From: the human T2T-CHM13v2.0 reference genome, Homo sapiens
Reading direction: 5' to 3' (one strand)
Length of the DNA stretch: 64,000 bases
Assembly: GCF_009914755.1 (NCBI RefSeq)
Contig: NC_060935.1
Shown here piece by piece: positions 25,456 to 38,300 of this stretch. A program made the translations under genes and the position numbers. Numbering within the stretch: position 1 is the stretch's first letter; every line of letters begins with the position of its first letter. Below the pieces are notes generated by a model. That model did not search any database. It saw only the letters and a program-made list of their open reading frames with translations, and was not told the DNA's origin.

Positions 25456-28400
25456 TTTGTGTTCCACTTCAGGAATTGAACTTTCCTCTTGACAGAGCAG
25501 CTCTGAAACCCTCTTTTTCTAGAATCTGCAAGTGGACATTTGGAGGGCTTTGAGGCCTGTGGTGGAAAAGGAAAATCTTCACATAAAAACTAGATGGAAG
25601 CATTCTCAGAAACTACTTTGTGATGATTGCATTCGACTCACAGAGTTGAACATTCCTATAGATAGAGCAGGTTGTAAACAATCTTTTTGTAGAATCTGCG
25701 ATTGGAGATTTGGACTGCTTTGAGGCCTACTGTAGTAGAGGAAATAACTTCATCTAAAAACCAAACGGAAGCATTCACAGACAATTCTTAGTGATCATTG
25801 CATTGAACTAACAGAGCTGAACATTCCTTTAGATGGAGCAGTTTCCAAACACACTTTCTGTAGAATCTGCAAGTGGATATTTGGACTTCTCTGAGGATTT
25901 CGTTAGAAACGGGATAAACTTCCCAGAACTACACGGAAGCATTCTGAGAAACTTCTTTGTGATGTTTGCATTCAACTCACAGAGTTGAACCTTGCTTTCA
26001 TAGTTCAGCTTTCAAACACTCTTTTTGTAGAATCTGCAAGTGGATATTTGGACCACTTTGTGGCCTTCCTTCGAAACGGGTATATCTTCACATCAAACCT
26101 AGACAGAAGCATTCTCAGAATGTTTCCTCTGATGACTGCATTCAACTCACAGAGGTGAACAATCCTGTTGATGGAGCAGTTTTGAAACTCTCTTTCTTTG
26201 GATTCTGCAAGTTGATATGTGGACCTCTGTGAAGATTTCGTTGGAAACGGGTTCATCTTCACAGAAAAACTAAACAGAATCATTCTCAGAAACTGCTTTG
26301 TGATGTTTGTGTTCCACTTCAAGAATTGAACTTTCCTCTTGACAGAGCAGCTCTGAAACCCTCTTTTTCTAGAATCTGCAAGTGGACATTTGGAGGGCTT
26401 TGAGGTCTGTGGTGGAAAAGGAAAATCTTCACATAAAAACTAGATGGAAGCATTCTCAGAAACTACTTTGTGATGATTGCATTCGACTCACAGAGTTGAA
26501 CATTCCTATAGATAGAGCAGGTTGTAAACAATCTTTTTGTAGAATCTGCGATTGGAGATTTGGACTGCTTTGAGGCCTACTGTAGTAAAGGAAATAACTT
26601 CATCTAAAAACCAAACGGAAGCATTCACAGACAATTCTTAGTGATCATTGCATTGAACTAACAGAGCTGAACATTCCTTTAGATGGAGCAGTTTCCAAAC
26701 ACACTTTTTGTAGAATCTGCAAGTGGATATTTGGACTTCTCTGAGGATTTCGTTGGAAACGGGATAAACTTCCCAGAACTACACGGAAGCATTGTGAGAA
26801 ACTTCTTTGTGATGTTTGCATTCAACTCACAGAGTTGAACCTTGCTTTCATAGTTCAGCTTTCAAACACTCTTTTTGTAGAATCTGCAAGTGCATATTTG
26901 GACCACTTTGTGGTCTTCCTTCGAAACGGGTATATCTTCACATCAAACCTAGACAGAAGCATTCTCAGAATGTTTCCTGTGAAGACTGCATTCAACTCAC
27001 AGAGATGAACAATCCTGTTGATGGAGCACTTTGGAAACTCTCTTTCTTGGGATTCTGCAAGTTGATATGTGGACCTCTGTGAAGATTTCTTTGGAAACGT
27101 GTTCATCTTCACAGAAAAACTAAACAGAAGCATTCTCAAAAACTACTTTGTGATGTTTGTGTTCCACTTCAAGAATTGAACTTTCCTCTTGACAGAGCAG
27201 CTCTGAAAACCTCTTTTTCTAGAATCTGCAAGTGGACATTTGGAGGGCTTTGAGGCCTGTGGTGGAAAAGGAAAATCTTCACATAAAAACTAGATGGAAG
27301 CATTCTCAGAAACTACTTTGTGATGATTGCATTCGACTCACAGAGTTGAACATTCCTATAGATAGAGCAGGTTGTAAACAATCTTTTTGTGGAATCTGCG
27401 ATTGGAGATTTGGACTGCTTTGAGGCCTACTGTAGTAGAGGAAATAACTTCATCTAAAAACCAAACGGAAGCATTCACAGACAATTCTTAGTGATCATTG
27501 CATTGAACTAACAGAGCTGAACATTCCTTTAGATGGCGCAGTTTCCAAACACACTTTCTGTAGAATCTGCAAGTGGATATTTGGACCTCTCTGAGGATTT
27601 CGTTAGAAACGGGATAAACTTCCCAGAACTACACGGAAGCATGCTGAGAAACTTCTTTGTGATGTTTGCATTCAACTCACAGAGTTGAACCTTGCTTTCA
27701 TAGTTCAGCTTTCAAACACTCTTTTTGTAGAATCTGCAAGTGGATATTTGGACCACTTTGTGGCCTTCCTTCGAAACGGGTATATCTTCACATCAAACCT
27801 AGACAGAAGCATTCTCAGAATGTTTCCTGTGATGACTGCATTCAACTCACAGAGGTGAACAATCCTGCTGATGGAGCAGTTTTGAAACTCTCTTTCTTTG
27901 GATTCTGCAAGTGGATATGTGGACCTCTGTGAAGATTTCGTTGGAAACGGGTTCATCTTCACAGAAAAACTAAACAGAAACATTCTCACAAACTGCTTTG
28001 TGATGTTTGTGTTCCACTTCAGGAATTGAACTTTCCTCTTGACAGAGCAGCTCTGAAACCCTCTTATTCTAGAATCTGCAAGTGGACATTTGGAGGGCTT
28101 TGAGGCCTGTAGTGGAAAAGGAAAATCTTCACATAAAAACTAGATGGAAGCATTCTCAGAAACTACTTTGTGATGATTGCATTCGACTCACAGAGTTGAA
28201 CATTCCTATAGATAGAGCAGGTTGTAAACAATCTTTTTGTAGAATCTGCGATTGGAGATTTGGACTGCTTTGAGGCCTACTGTAGTAAAGGAAATAACTT
28301 CATCTAAAAACCAAACGGAAGCATTCACAGACAATTCTTAGTGATCATTGGATTGAACTAACAGAGCTGAACATTCCTTTAGATGGCGCAGTTTCCAAAC

Positions 28401-29319
28401 ACACTTTCTGTAGAATCTGCAAGTGGATATTTGGACTTCTCTGAGGATTTCGTTGGAAACGGGATAAACTTCCCAGAACTACACGGAAGCATTGTGAGAA
28501 ACTTCTTTGTGATGTTTGCATTCAACTCACAGAGTTGAACCTTGCTTTCATAGTTCAGCTTTCAAACACTCTTTTTGTAGAATCTGCAAGTGGATATTTG
28601 GACCACTTTTTGGGCTTCCTTCGAAACGGGTATATCTTCACATCAAACCTACACAGAAACATTCTCAGAATGTTTCCTGTGATGACTGCATTCAACTCAC
28701 AGAGGTGAACAATCCTGCTGATGGAGCAGTTTTGAAACTCTCTTTCTTTGGATTCTGCAAGTGGATATGTGGACCTCTGTGAAGATTTCGTTGGAAACGG
28801 GTTCATCTTCACAGAAAAACTAAACAGGAGCATTCTCAGAAACTGCATTGTGATGTTTGTGTTCCACTTCAAGAATTGAACTTTCCTCTTGACAGAGCAG
28901 CTCTGAAACCCTATTTTTCTAGAATATGCAAGTGGACATTTGGAGGGCTTTGAGGCCTGTGGTGGAAAAGGAAAATCTTCACATAAAAACTAGATGGAAG
29001 CATTCTCAGAAACTACTTTGTGATGATTGCATTCGACGCACAGAGTTGAACATTCCTATAGATAGAGCAGGTTGTAAACAATCTTTTTGTAGAATCTGCG
29101 ATTGGAGATTTGGACTGCTTTGAGGCCTACTGTAGTAAAGGAAATAACTTCATCTAAAAACCAAACGGAAGCATTCACAGACAATTCTTAGTGATCATTG
29201 CATTGAACTAACAGAGCTGAACATTCCTTTAGATGGCGCAGTTTCCAAACACACTTTCTGTAGAATCTGCAAGTGGATATTTGGACTTCTCTGAGGATTT
29301 CGTTGGAAACGGGATAAAC

Positions 29320-32300
29320 TTCCCAGAACTACACGGAAGCATTGTGAGAAACTTCTTTGTGATGTTTGCATTCAACTCACAGAGTTGAAACTTGCTTTCA
29401 TAGTTCAGCTTTCAAACACTCTTTTTGTAGAATCTGCAAGTGGATATTTGGACCACTTTGTGGCCTTCCTTCGAAACGGGTATATCTTCACATCAAACCT
29501 AGACATAAGCATTCTCAGAATGTTTCCTGTGAAGACTGCATTCAACTCACAGAGATGAACAATCCGGTTGATGGAGCACTTTGGAAACTCTCTTTCTTTG
29601 GATTCTGCAAGTTGATATGTGGACCTCTGTGAAGATTTCGTTGGAAACGGGTTCATCTTCACAGAAAAACTAAACAGAAGCATTCTCAAAAACTACTTTG
29701 TGATGTTTGTGTTCCACTTCAAGAATTGAACTTTCCTCTTGACAGAGCAGTTCTGAAAACCTCTTTTTCTAGAATCTGCAAGTGGACATTTGGAGGGCTT
29801 TGAGGCCTGTGGTGGAAAAGGAAAATCTTCACATAAAAAGTAGATGGAAGCATTCTCAGAAACTACTTTGTGATGATTGCATTCGACTCACAGAGTTGAA
29901 CATTCCTATAGATAGAGCAGGTTGTAAACAATCTTTTTGTAGAATCTGCGATTGGAGATTCGGACTGCTTTGAGGCCTACTGTAGTAAAGGAAATAACTT
30001 CATCTAAAAACCAAACGGAAGCATTCACAGACAATTCTTAGTGATCATTGCATTGAACTAACAGAGCTGAACATTCCTTTAGATGGCGCAGTTTCCAAAC
30101 ACACTTTCTGTAGAATCTGCAAGTGGATATTTGGACCTCTCTGAGGATTTCGTTGGAAACGGGATAAACTTCCCAGAACTACACGGAAGCATGCTGAGAA
30201 ACTTCTTTGTGATGTTTGCATTCAACTCACAGAGTTGAACCTTGCTTTCATAGTTCAGCTTTCAAACACTCTTTTTGTAGAATCTGCAAGTGGATATTTG
30301 GACCACTTTGTGGCCTTCCTTCGAAACGGGTATATCTTCACATCAAACCTAGACAGAAGCATTCTCAGAATGTTTCCTGTGATGACTGCATTCAACTCAC
30401 AGAGGTGAACAATCCTGCTGATGGAGCAATTTTGAAACTCTCTTTCTTTGGATTCTGCAAGTGGATATGTGGACCTCTGTGAAGATTTCGTTGGAAACGG
30501 GTTCATCTTCACAGAAAAACTAAACAGAAGCATTCTCAGAAACTGCTTTGTGATGTTTGTGTTCCACTTCAGGAATTGAACTTTCCTCTTGACAGAGCAG
30601 CTCTGAAACCCTCTTATTCTAGAATCTGCAAGTGGACATTTGGAGGGGTTTGAGGCCTGTGGTGGAAAAGGAAAATCTTCACATAAAAACTAGATGGAAG
30701 CATTCTCAGAAACTACTTTGTGATGATTGCATTCGACTCACAGAGTTGAACATTCCTATAGATAGAGCAGGTTGTAAACAATCTTTTTGTAGAATCTGCG
30801 ATTGGAGATTTGGACTGCTTTGAGGCCTACTGTAGTAAAGGAAATAACTTCATCTAAAAACCAAACGGAAGCATTCACAGACAATTCTTAGTGATCATTG
30901 CATTGAACTAACAGAGCTGAACATTCCTTTAGATGGAGCAGTTTCCAAACACACTTTCTGTAGAACCTGCAAGTGGATATTTGGACCTCTCTGAGGATTT
31001 CGTTGGAAACGGGATAAACTTCCCAGAGCTACACGGAAGCATTGTGAGAAACTTCTTTGTGATGTTTGCATTCAACTCACAGAGTTGAACCTTGCTTTCA
31101 TAGTTCAGCTTTCAAACACTCTTTTTGTAGAATCTGCAAGTGGATATTTGGACCACTTTGTGGCCTTCCTTCGAAACGGGTATATCTTCACATCAAACCT
31201 AGACAGAAGCATTCTCAGAATGTTTCCTGTGATGACTGCATTCAACTCACAGAGGTGAACAATTCTGCTGATGGAGCAGTTTTGAAACTCTCTTTCTTTG
31301 GATTCTGCAAGTGGATATGTGGACCTCTATGAAGATTTCGTTGGAAACGGGTTCATCTTCACAGAAAAACTAAACAGAAACATTCTCACAAACTGCTTTG
31401 TGATGTTTGTGTTCCACTTCAGGAATTGAACTTTCCTCTTGACAGAGCAGCTCTGAAACCCTCTTTTTCTAGAATCTGCAAGTGGACATTTGGAGGGCTT
31501 TGAGGCCTGTGGTGGAAAAGGAAAATCTTCACATAAAAACTAGATGGAAGCATTCTCAGAAACTACTTTGTGATGATTGCATTCGACTCACAGAGTTGAA
31601 CATTCCTATAGATAGAGCAGGTTGTAAACAATCTTTTTGTAGAATCTGCGATTGGAGATTTGGACTGCTTTGAGGCCTACTGTAGTAAAGGAAATAACTT
31701 CATCTAAAAACCAAACGGAAGCATTCACAGACAATTCTTAGTGATCATTGGATTGAACTAACAGAGTTGAACATTCCTTTAGATGGCGCAGTCTCCAAAC
31801 ACACTTTCTGTAGAATCTGCAAGTGGATATTTGGACTTCTCTGAGGATTTCGTTGGAAACGGGATAAACTTCCCAGAACTACACGGAAGCATTGTGAGAA
31901 ACTTCTTTGTGATGTTTGCATTCAACTCACAGAGTTGAACCTTGCTTTCATAGTTCAGCTTTCAAACCCTCTTTTTGTAGAATCTGCAAGTGCATATTTG
32001 GGCCACTTTGTGGCCTTCCTTCGAAACGGGTATATCTTCACATCAAACCTAGACAGAAGCATTCTCAGAATGTTTCCTGTGATGACTGCATTCAACTCAC
32101 AGAGGTGAACAATCCTGCTGATGGAGCAGTTTTGAAACTCTCTTTCTTTGGATTCTGCAAGTGGATATGTGGACCTCTGTGAAGATTTCGTTGGAAACGG
32201 GTTCATCTTCACAGAAAAACTAAACAGGAGCATTCTCAGAAACTGCTTTGTGATGTTTGTGTTCCACTTCAAGAATTGAACTTTCCTCTTGACAGAGCAG

Positions 32301-35300
32301 CTCTGAAACCCTATTTTTCTAGAATCTGCAAGTGGACATTTGGAGGGCTTTGAGGCCTGTGGTGGAAAAGGAAAATCTTCACATAAAAACTAGATGGAAG
32401 CATTCTCAGAAACTACTTTGTGATGATTGCATTCGACTCACAGAGTTGAACATTCCTATAGATAGAGCAGGTTGTAAACAATCTTTTTCTAGAATCTGCG
32501 ATTGGAGATTTGGACAGCTTTGAGGCCTACTGTAGTAAAGGAAATAACTTCATCTAAAAACCAAACGGAAGCATTCACAGACAATTCTTAGTGATCATTG
32601 GATTGAACTAACAGAGCTGAACATTCCTTTAGATGGAGCAGTTTCCAAACCCACTTTCTGTAGAATCTGCAAGTGGATATTTGGACTTCTCTCAGGATTT
32701 CGTTGGAAACGGGATAAACTTCCCAGAACTACAGGGAAGCATTGTGAGAAACTTCTTTGTGATGTTTGCATTCAACTCACAGAGTTGAACCTTGCTTTCA
32801 TAGTTCAGCTTTCAAACACTCTTTTTGTAGAATCTGCAAGTGGATATTTGGACCACTTTGTGGCCTTCCTTCGAAACGGGTATATCTTCACATCAAACCT
32901 AGACAGAAGCATTCTCAGAATGTTTCCTGTGAAGACTGCATTCAACTCACAGAGATGAACAATCCTGTTGATGGAGCACTTTGGAAACTCTCTTTCTTGG
33001 GATTCTGCAAGTTGATATGTGGACCTCTGTGAAGATTTCGTTGGAAACGGGTTCATCTTCACAGAAAAACTAAACAGAAGCATTCTCAAAAACTACTTTG
33101 TGATGTTTGTGTTCCACTTCAAGAATTGAACTTTCCTCTTGACAGAGCAGCTCTGAAAACCTCTTTTTCTAGAATCTGCAAGTGGACATTTGGAGGGCTT
33201 TGAGGCCTGTGGTGGAAAAGGAAAATCTTCACATAAAAACTAGATGGAAGCATTCTCAGAAACTACTTTGTGATGATTGCATTCGACTCACAGAGTTGAA
33301 CATTCCTATAGATAGAGCAGGTTGTAAACAATCTTTTTGTAGAAAATGCGATTGGAGATTTGGACTGCTTTGAGACCTACTGTAGTAAAGGAAATAACTT
33401 CGTCTAAAAACCAAACGGAAGCATTCACACACAATTCTTAGTGATCATTGGATTGAACTAACAGAGCTGAACATTCCTTTAGATGGAGCAGTTTCCAAAC
33501 CCACTTTCTGTAGAATCTGCAAGTGGATATTTGGACTTCTCTGAGGATTTCGTTGGAAACGGGATAAACTTCCCAGAACTACACGGAAGCATTGTGAGAA
33601 ACTTCTTTGTGATGTTTGCATTCAACTCACAGAGTTGAACCTTGCATTCATAGTTCAGCTTTCAAACACTCTTTTTGTAGAATCTGCAAGTGGATATTTG
33701 GACCACTTTGTGGCCTTCCTTCGAAACGGGTATATCTTCACATCAAACCTAGACAGAAGCATTCTCAGAATGTTTCCTGTGATGACTGCATTCAACTCAC
33801 AGAGGTGAACAATCCTGCTGATGGAGCAGTTTTGAAACTCTCTTTCTTTGGATTCTACAAGTGGATATGTGGACCTCTGTGAAGATTTCGTTGGAAACGG
33901 GTTCATCTTCACAGAAAAACTAAACAGAAGCATTCTCAGAAACTGCTTTGTGATGTTTGTGTTCCACTTCAGGAATTGAACTTTCCTCTTGACAGAGCAG
34001 CTCTGAAACCCTCTTATTCTAGAATCTGCAAGTGGACATTTGGAGGGCTTTGAGGCCTGTGGTGGAAAAGGAAAATCTTCACATAAAAACTAGATGGAAG
34101 CATTCTCAGAAACTACTTTGTGATGATGGCTTTCGACTCACAGAGTTGAACATTCCTATAGATAGAGCAGGTTGTAAACAATCTTTTTGTAGAATCTGCG
34201 ATTGGAGATTTGGACTGCTTTGAGGCCTACTGTACTAAAGGAAATAACTTCATCTAAAAACCAAACGGAAGCATTCACAGACAATACTTAGTGATCATTG
34301 GATTGAACTAACAGAGCTGAACATTCCTTTAGATGGAGCAGTTTCCAAACACACTTTCTGTAGAATCTGCAAGTGGATATTTGGACTTCTCTGAGGATTT
34401 CGTTGGAAACGGGATAAAATTCCCAGAACTACACGGAAGCATTCTGAGAAACTTCTTTGTAATGTTTGCATTCAACTCACAGAGTTGAACCTTGCTTTCA
34501 TAGTTCAGCTTTCAAACACTCTTTTTGTACAATCTGCAAGTGGATATTTGGACCACTTTGTGGCCTTCCTTCGAAACGGGTATATCTTCATATCAAACCT
34601 AGACAGAAGCATTCTCAGAATGTTTCCTGTGATGACTGCATTCAACTCACAGAGGTGAACAATCCTGCTGATGGAGCAGTTTTGAAACTCTCTTTCTTTG
34701 GATTCTGCAAGTGGATATGTGGACGTCTGTGAAGATTTCGTTGGAAACGGGTTCATCTTCACAGAAAAACTAAACAGGAGCATTCTCAGAAAGTGCTTTG
34801 TGATGTTTGTGTTCCACTTCAGGAATTGAACTTTCCTCTTGACAGAGCAGCTCTGAAACCCTCTTTTTCTAGAATCTGCAAGTGGACATTTGGAGGGCTT
34901 TGAGGCCTGTGGTGGAAAAGGAAAATCTTCACATAAAAACTAGATGGAAGCATTCTCAGAAACTACTTTGTGATGATTGCATTCGACTCACAGAGTTGAA
35001 CATTCCTATAGATAGAGCAGGTTGTAAACAATCTTTTTGTAGAATCTGCGATTGGAGATTTGGACTGCTTTGAGGCCTACTGTAGTAGAGGAAATAACTT
35101 CATCTAAAAACCAAACGGAAACATTCACAGACAATTCTTAGTGATCATTGCATTGAACTAACAGAGCTGAACATTCCTTTAGATGGAGCAGTTTCCAAAC
35201 ACACTTTCTGTAGAATCTGCAAGTGGATATTTGGACTTCTCTGAGGATTTCGTTGGAAACGGGATAAACTTCCCAGAACTACACGGAAGCATTCTGAGAA

Positions 35301-38300
35301 ACTTCTTTGTGATGTTTGCATTCAACTCACAGAGTTGAACCTTGCTTTCATAGTTCAGCTTTCAAACACTCTTTTTGTAGAATCTGCAAGTGGATATTTG
35401 GACCACTTTGTGGCCTTCCTTCGAAACGGGTATATCTTCACATCAAACCTAGACAGAAGCATTCTCAGAATGTTTCCTGTGATGACTGCATTCAACTCAC
35501 AGAGGTGAACAATCCTGTTGATGGAGCAGTTTTGAAACTCTCTTTCTTTGGATTCTGCAAGTTGATATGTGGACCTCTGTGAAGATTTCGTTGGAAACGG
35601 GTTCATCTTCACAGAAAAACTAAACAGAATCATTCTCAGAAACTGCTTTGTGATGTTTGTGTTCCACTTCAAGAATTGAACTTTCCTCTTGACAGAGCAG
35701 CTCTGAAACCCTCTTTTTCTAGAATCTGCAAGTGGACATTTGGAGGGCTTTGAGGTCTGTGGTGGAAAAGGAAAATCTTCACATAAAAACTAGATGGAAG
35801 CATTCTCAGAAACTACTTTGTGATGATTGCATTCGACTCACAGAGTTGAACATTCCTATAGATAGAGCAGGTTGTAAACAATCTTTTTGTAGAATCTGCG
35901 ATTGGAGATTTGGACTGCTTTGAGGCCTACTGTAGTAAAGGAAATAACTTCATCTAAAAACCAAACGGAAGCATTCACAGACAATTCTTAGTGATCATTG
36001 CATTGAACTAACAGAGCTGAACATTCCTTTAGATGGAGCAGTTTCCAAACACACTTTCTGTAGAATCTGCAAGTGGATATTTGGACTTCTCTGAGGATTT
36101 CGTTGGAAACGGGATAAACTTCCCAGAACTACACGGAAGCATTGTGAGAAACTTCTTTGTGATGTTTGCATTCAACTCACAGAGTTGAACCTTGCTTTCA
36201 TAGTTCAGCTTTCAAACACTCTTTTTGTAGAATCTGCAAGTGCATATTTGGACCACTTTGTGGCCTTCCTTCGAAACGGGTATATCTTCACATCAAACCT
36301 AGACAGAAGCATTCTCAGAATGTTTCCTGTGAAGACTGCATTCAACTCACAGAGATGAACAATCCTGTTGATGGAGCACTTTGGAAACTCTCTTTCTTGG
36401 GATTCTGCAAGTTGATATGTGGACCTCTGTGAAGATTTCTTTGGAAACGTGTTCATCTTCACAGAAAAACTAAACAGAAGCATTCTCAAAAACTACTTTG
36501 TGATGTTTGTGTTCCACTTCAAGAATTGAACTTTCCTCTTGACAGAGCAGCTCTGAAAACCTCTTTTTCTAGAATCTGCAAGTGGACATTTGGAGGGCTT
36601 TGAGGTGGTGGAAAAGGAAAATCTTCACATAAAAACTAGATGGAAGCATTCTCAGAAACTACTTTGTGATGATTGCATTCGACTCACAGAGTTGAACATT
36701 CCTATAGATAGAGCAGGTTGTAAACAATCTTTTTGTAGAATCTGCGATTGGAGATTTGGACTGCTTTGAGGCCTACTGTAGTAGAGGAAATAACTTCATC
36801 TAAAAACCAAACGGAAGCATTCACAGACAATTCTTAGTGATCATTGCATTGAACTAACAGAGCTGAACATTCCTTTAGATGGCGCAGTTTCCAAACACAC
36901 TTTCTGTAGAATCTGCAAGTGGATATTTGGACCTCTCTGAGGATTTCGTTAGAAACGGGATAAACTTCCCAGAACTACACGGAAGCATGCTGAGAAACTT
37001 CTTTGTGATGTTTGCATTCAACTCACAGAGTTGAACCTTGCTTTCATAGTTCAGCTTTCAAACACTCTTTTTGTAGAATCTGCAAGTGGATATTTGGACC
37101 ACTTTGTGGCCTTCCTTCGAAACGGGTATATCTTCACATCAAACCTAGACAGAAGCATTCTCAGAATGTTTCCTGTGATGACTGCATTCAACTCACAGAG
37201 GTGAACAATCCTGCTGATGGAGCAATTTTGAAACTCTCTTTCTTTGGATTCTGCAAGTGGATATGTGGACCTCTGTGAAGATTTCGTTGGAAACGGGTTC
37301 ATCTTCACAGAAAAACTAAACAGAAGCATTCTCAGAAACTGCTTTGTGATGTTTGTGTTCCACTTCAGGAATTGAACTTTCCTCTTGACAGAGCAGCTCT
37401 GAAACCCTCTTATTCTAGAATCTGCAAGTGGACATTTGGAGGGCTTTGAGGCCTGTGGTGGAAAAGGAAAATCTTCACATAAAAACTAGATGGAAGCATT
37501 CTCAGAAACTACTTTGTGATGATTGCATTCGACTCACAGAGTTGAACATTCCTATAGATAGAGCAGGTTGTAAACAATCTTTTTGTAGAATCTGCGATTG
37601 GAGATTTGGACTGCTTTGAGTCCTACTGTAGTAAAGGAAATAACTTCATCTAAAAACCAAACGGAAGCATTCACAGACAATTCTTAGTGATCATTGCATT
37701 GAACTAACAGAGCTGAACATTCCTTTAGATGGAGCAGTTTCCAAACACACTTTCTGTAGAACCTGCAAGTGGATATTTGGACCTCTCTGAGGATTTCGTT
37801 GGAAACGGGATAAACTTCCCAGAACTACACGGAAGCATGCTGAGAAACTTCTTTGTGATGTTTGCATTCAACTCACAGAGTTGAACCTTGCTTTCATAGT
37901 TCAGCTTTCAAACACTCTTTTTGTAGAATCTGCAAGTGGATATTTGGACCACTTTGTGGCCTTCCTTCGAAACGGCTATATCTTCACATCAAACCTAGAC
38001 AGAAGCATTCTCAGAATGTTTCCTGTGATGACTGCATTCAACTCACAGAGGTGAACAATCCTGCTGATGGAGCAGTTTTGAAACTCTCTTTCTTTGGATT
38101 CTGCAAGTGGATATGTGGACCTCTGTGAAGATTTCGTTGGAAACGGGTTCATCTTCACAGAAAAACTAAACAGAAACATTCTCACAAACTGCTTTGTGAT
38201 GTTTGTGTTCCACTTCAGGAATTGAACTTTCCTCTTGACAGAGCAGCTCTGAAACCCTCTTATTCTAGAATCTGCAAGTGGACATTTGGAGGGCTTTGAG

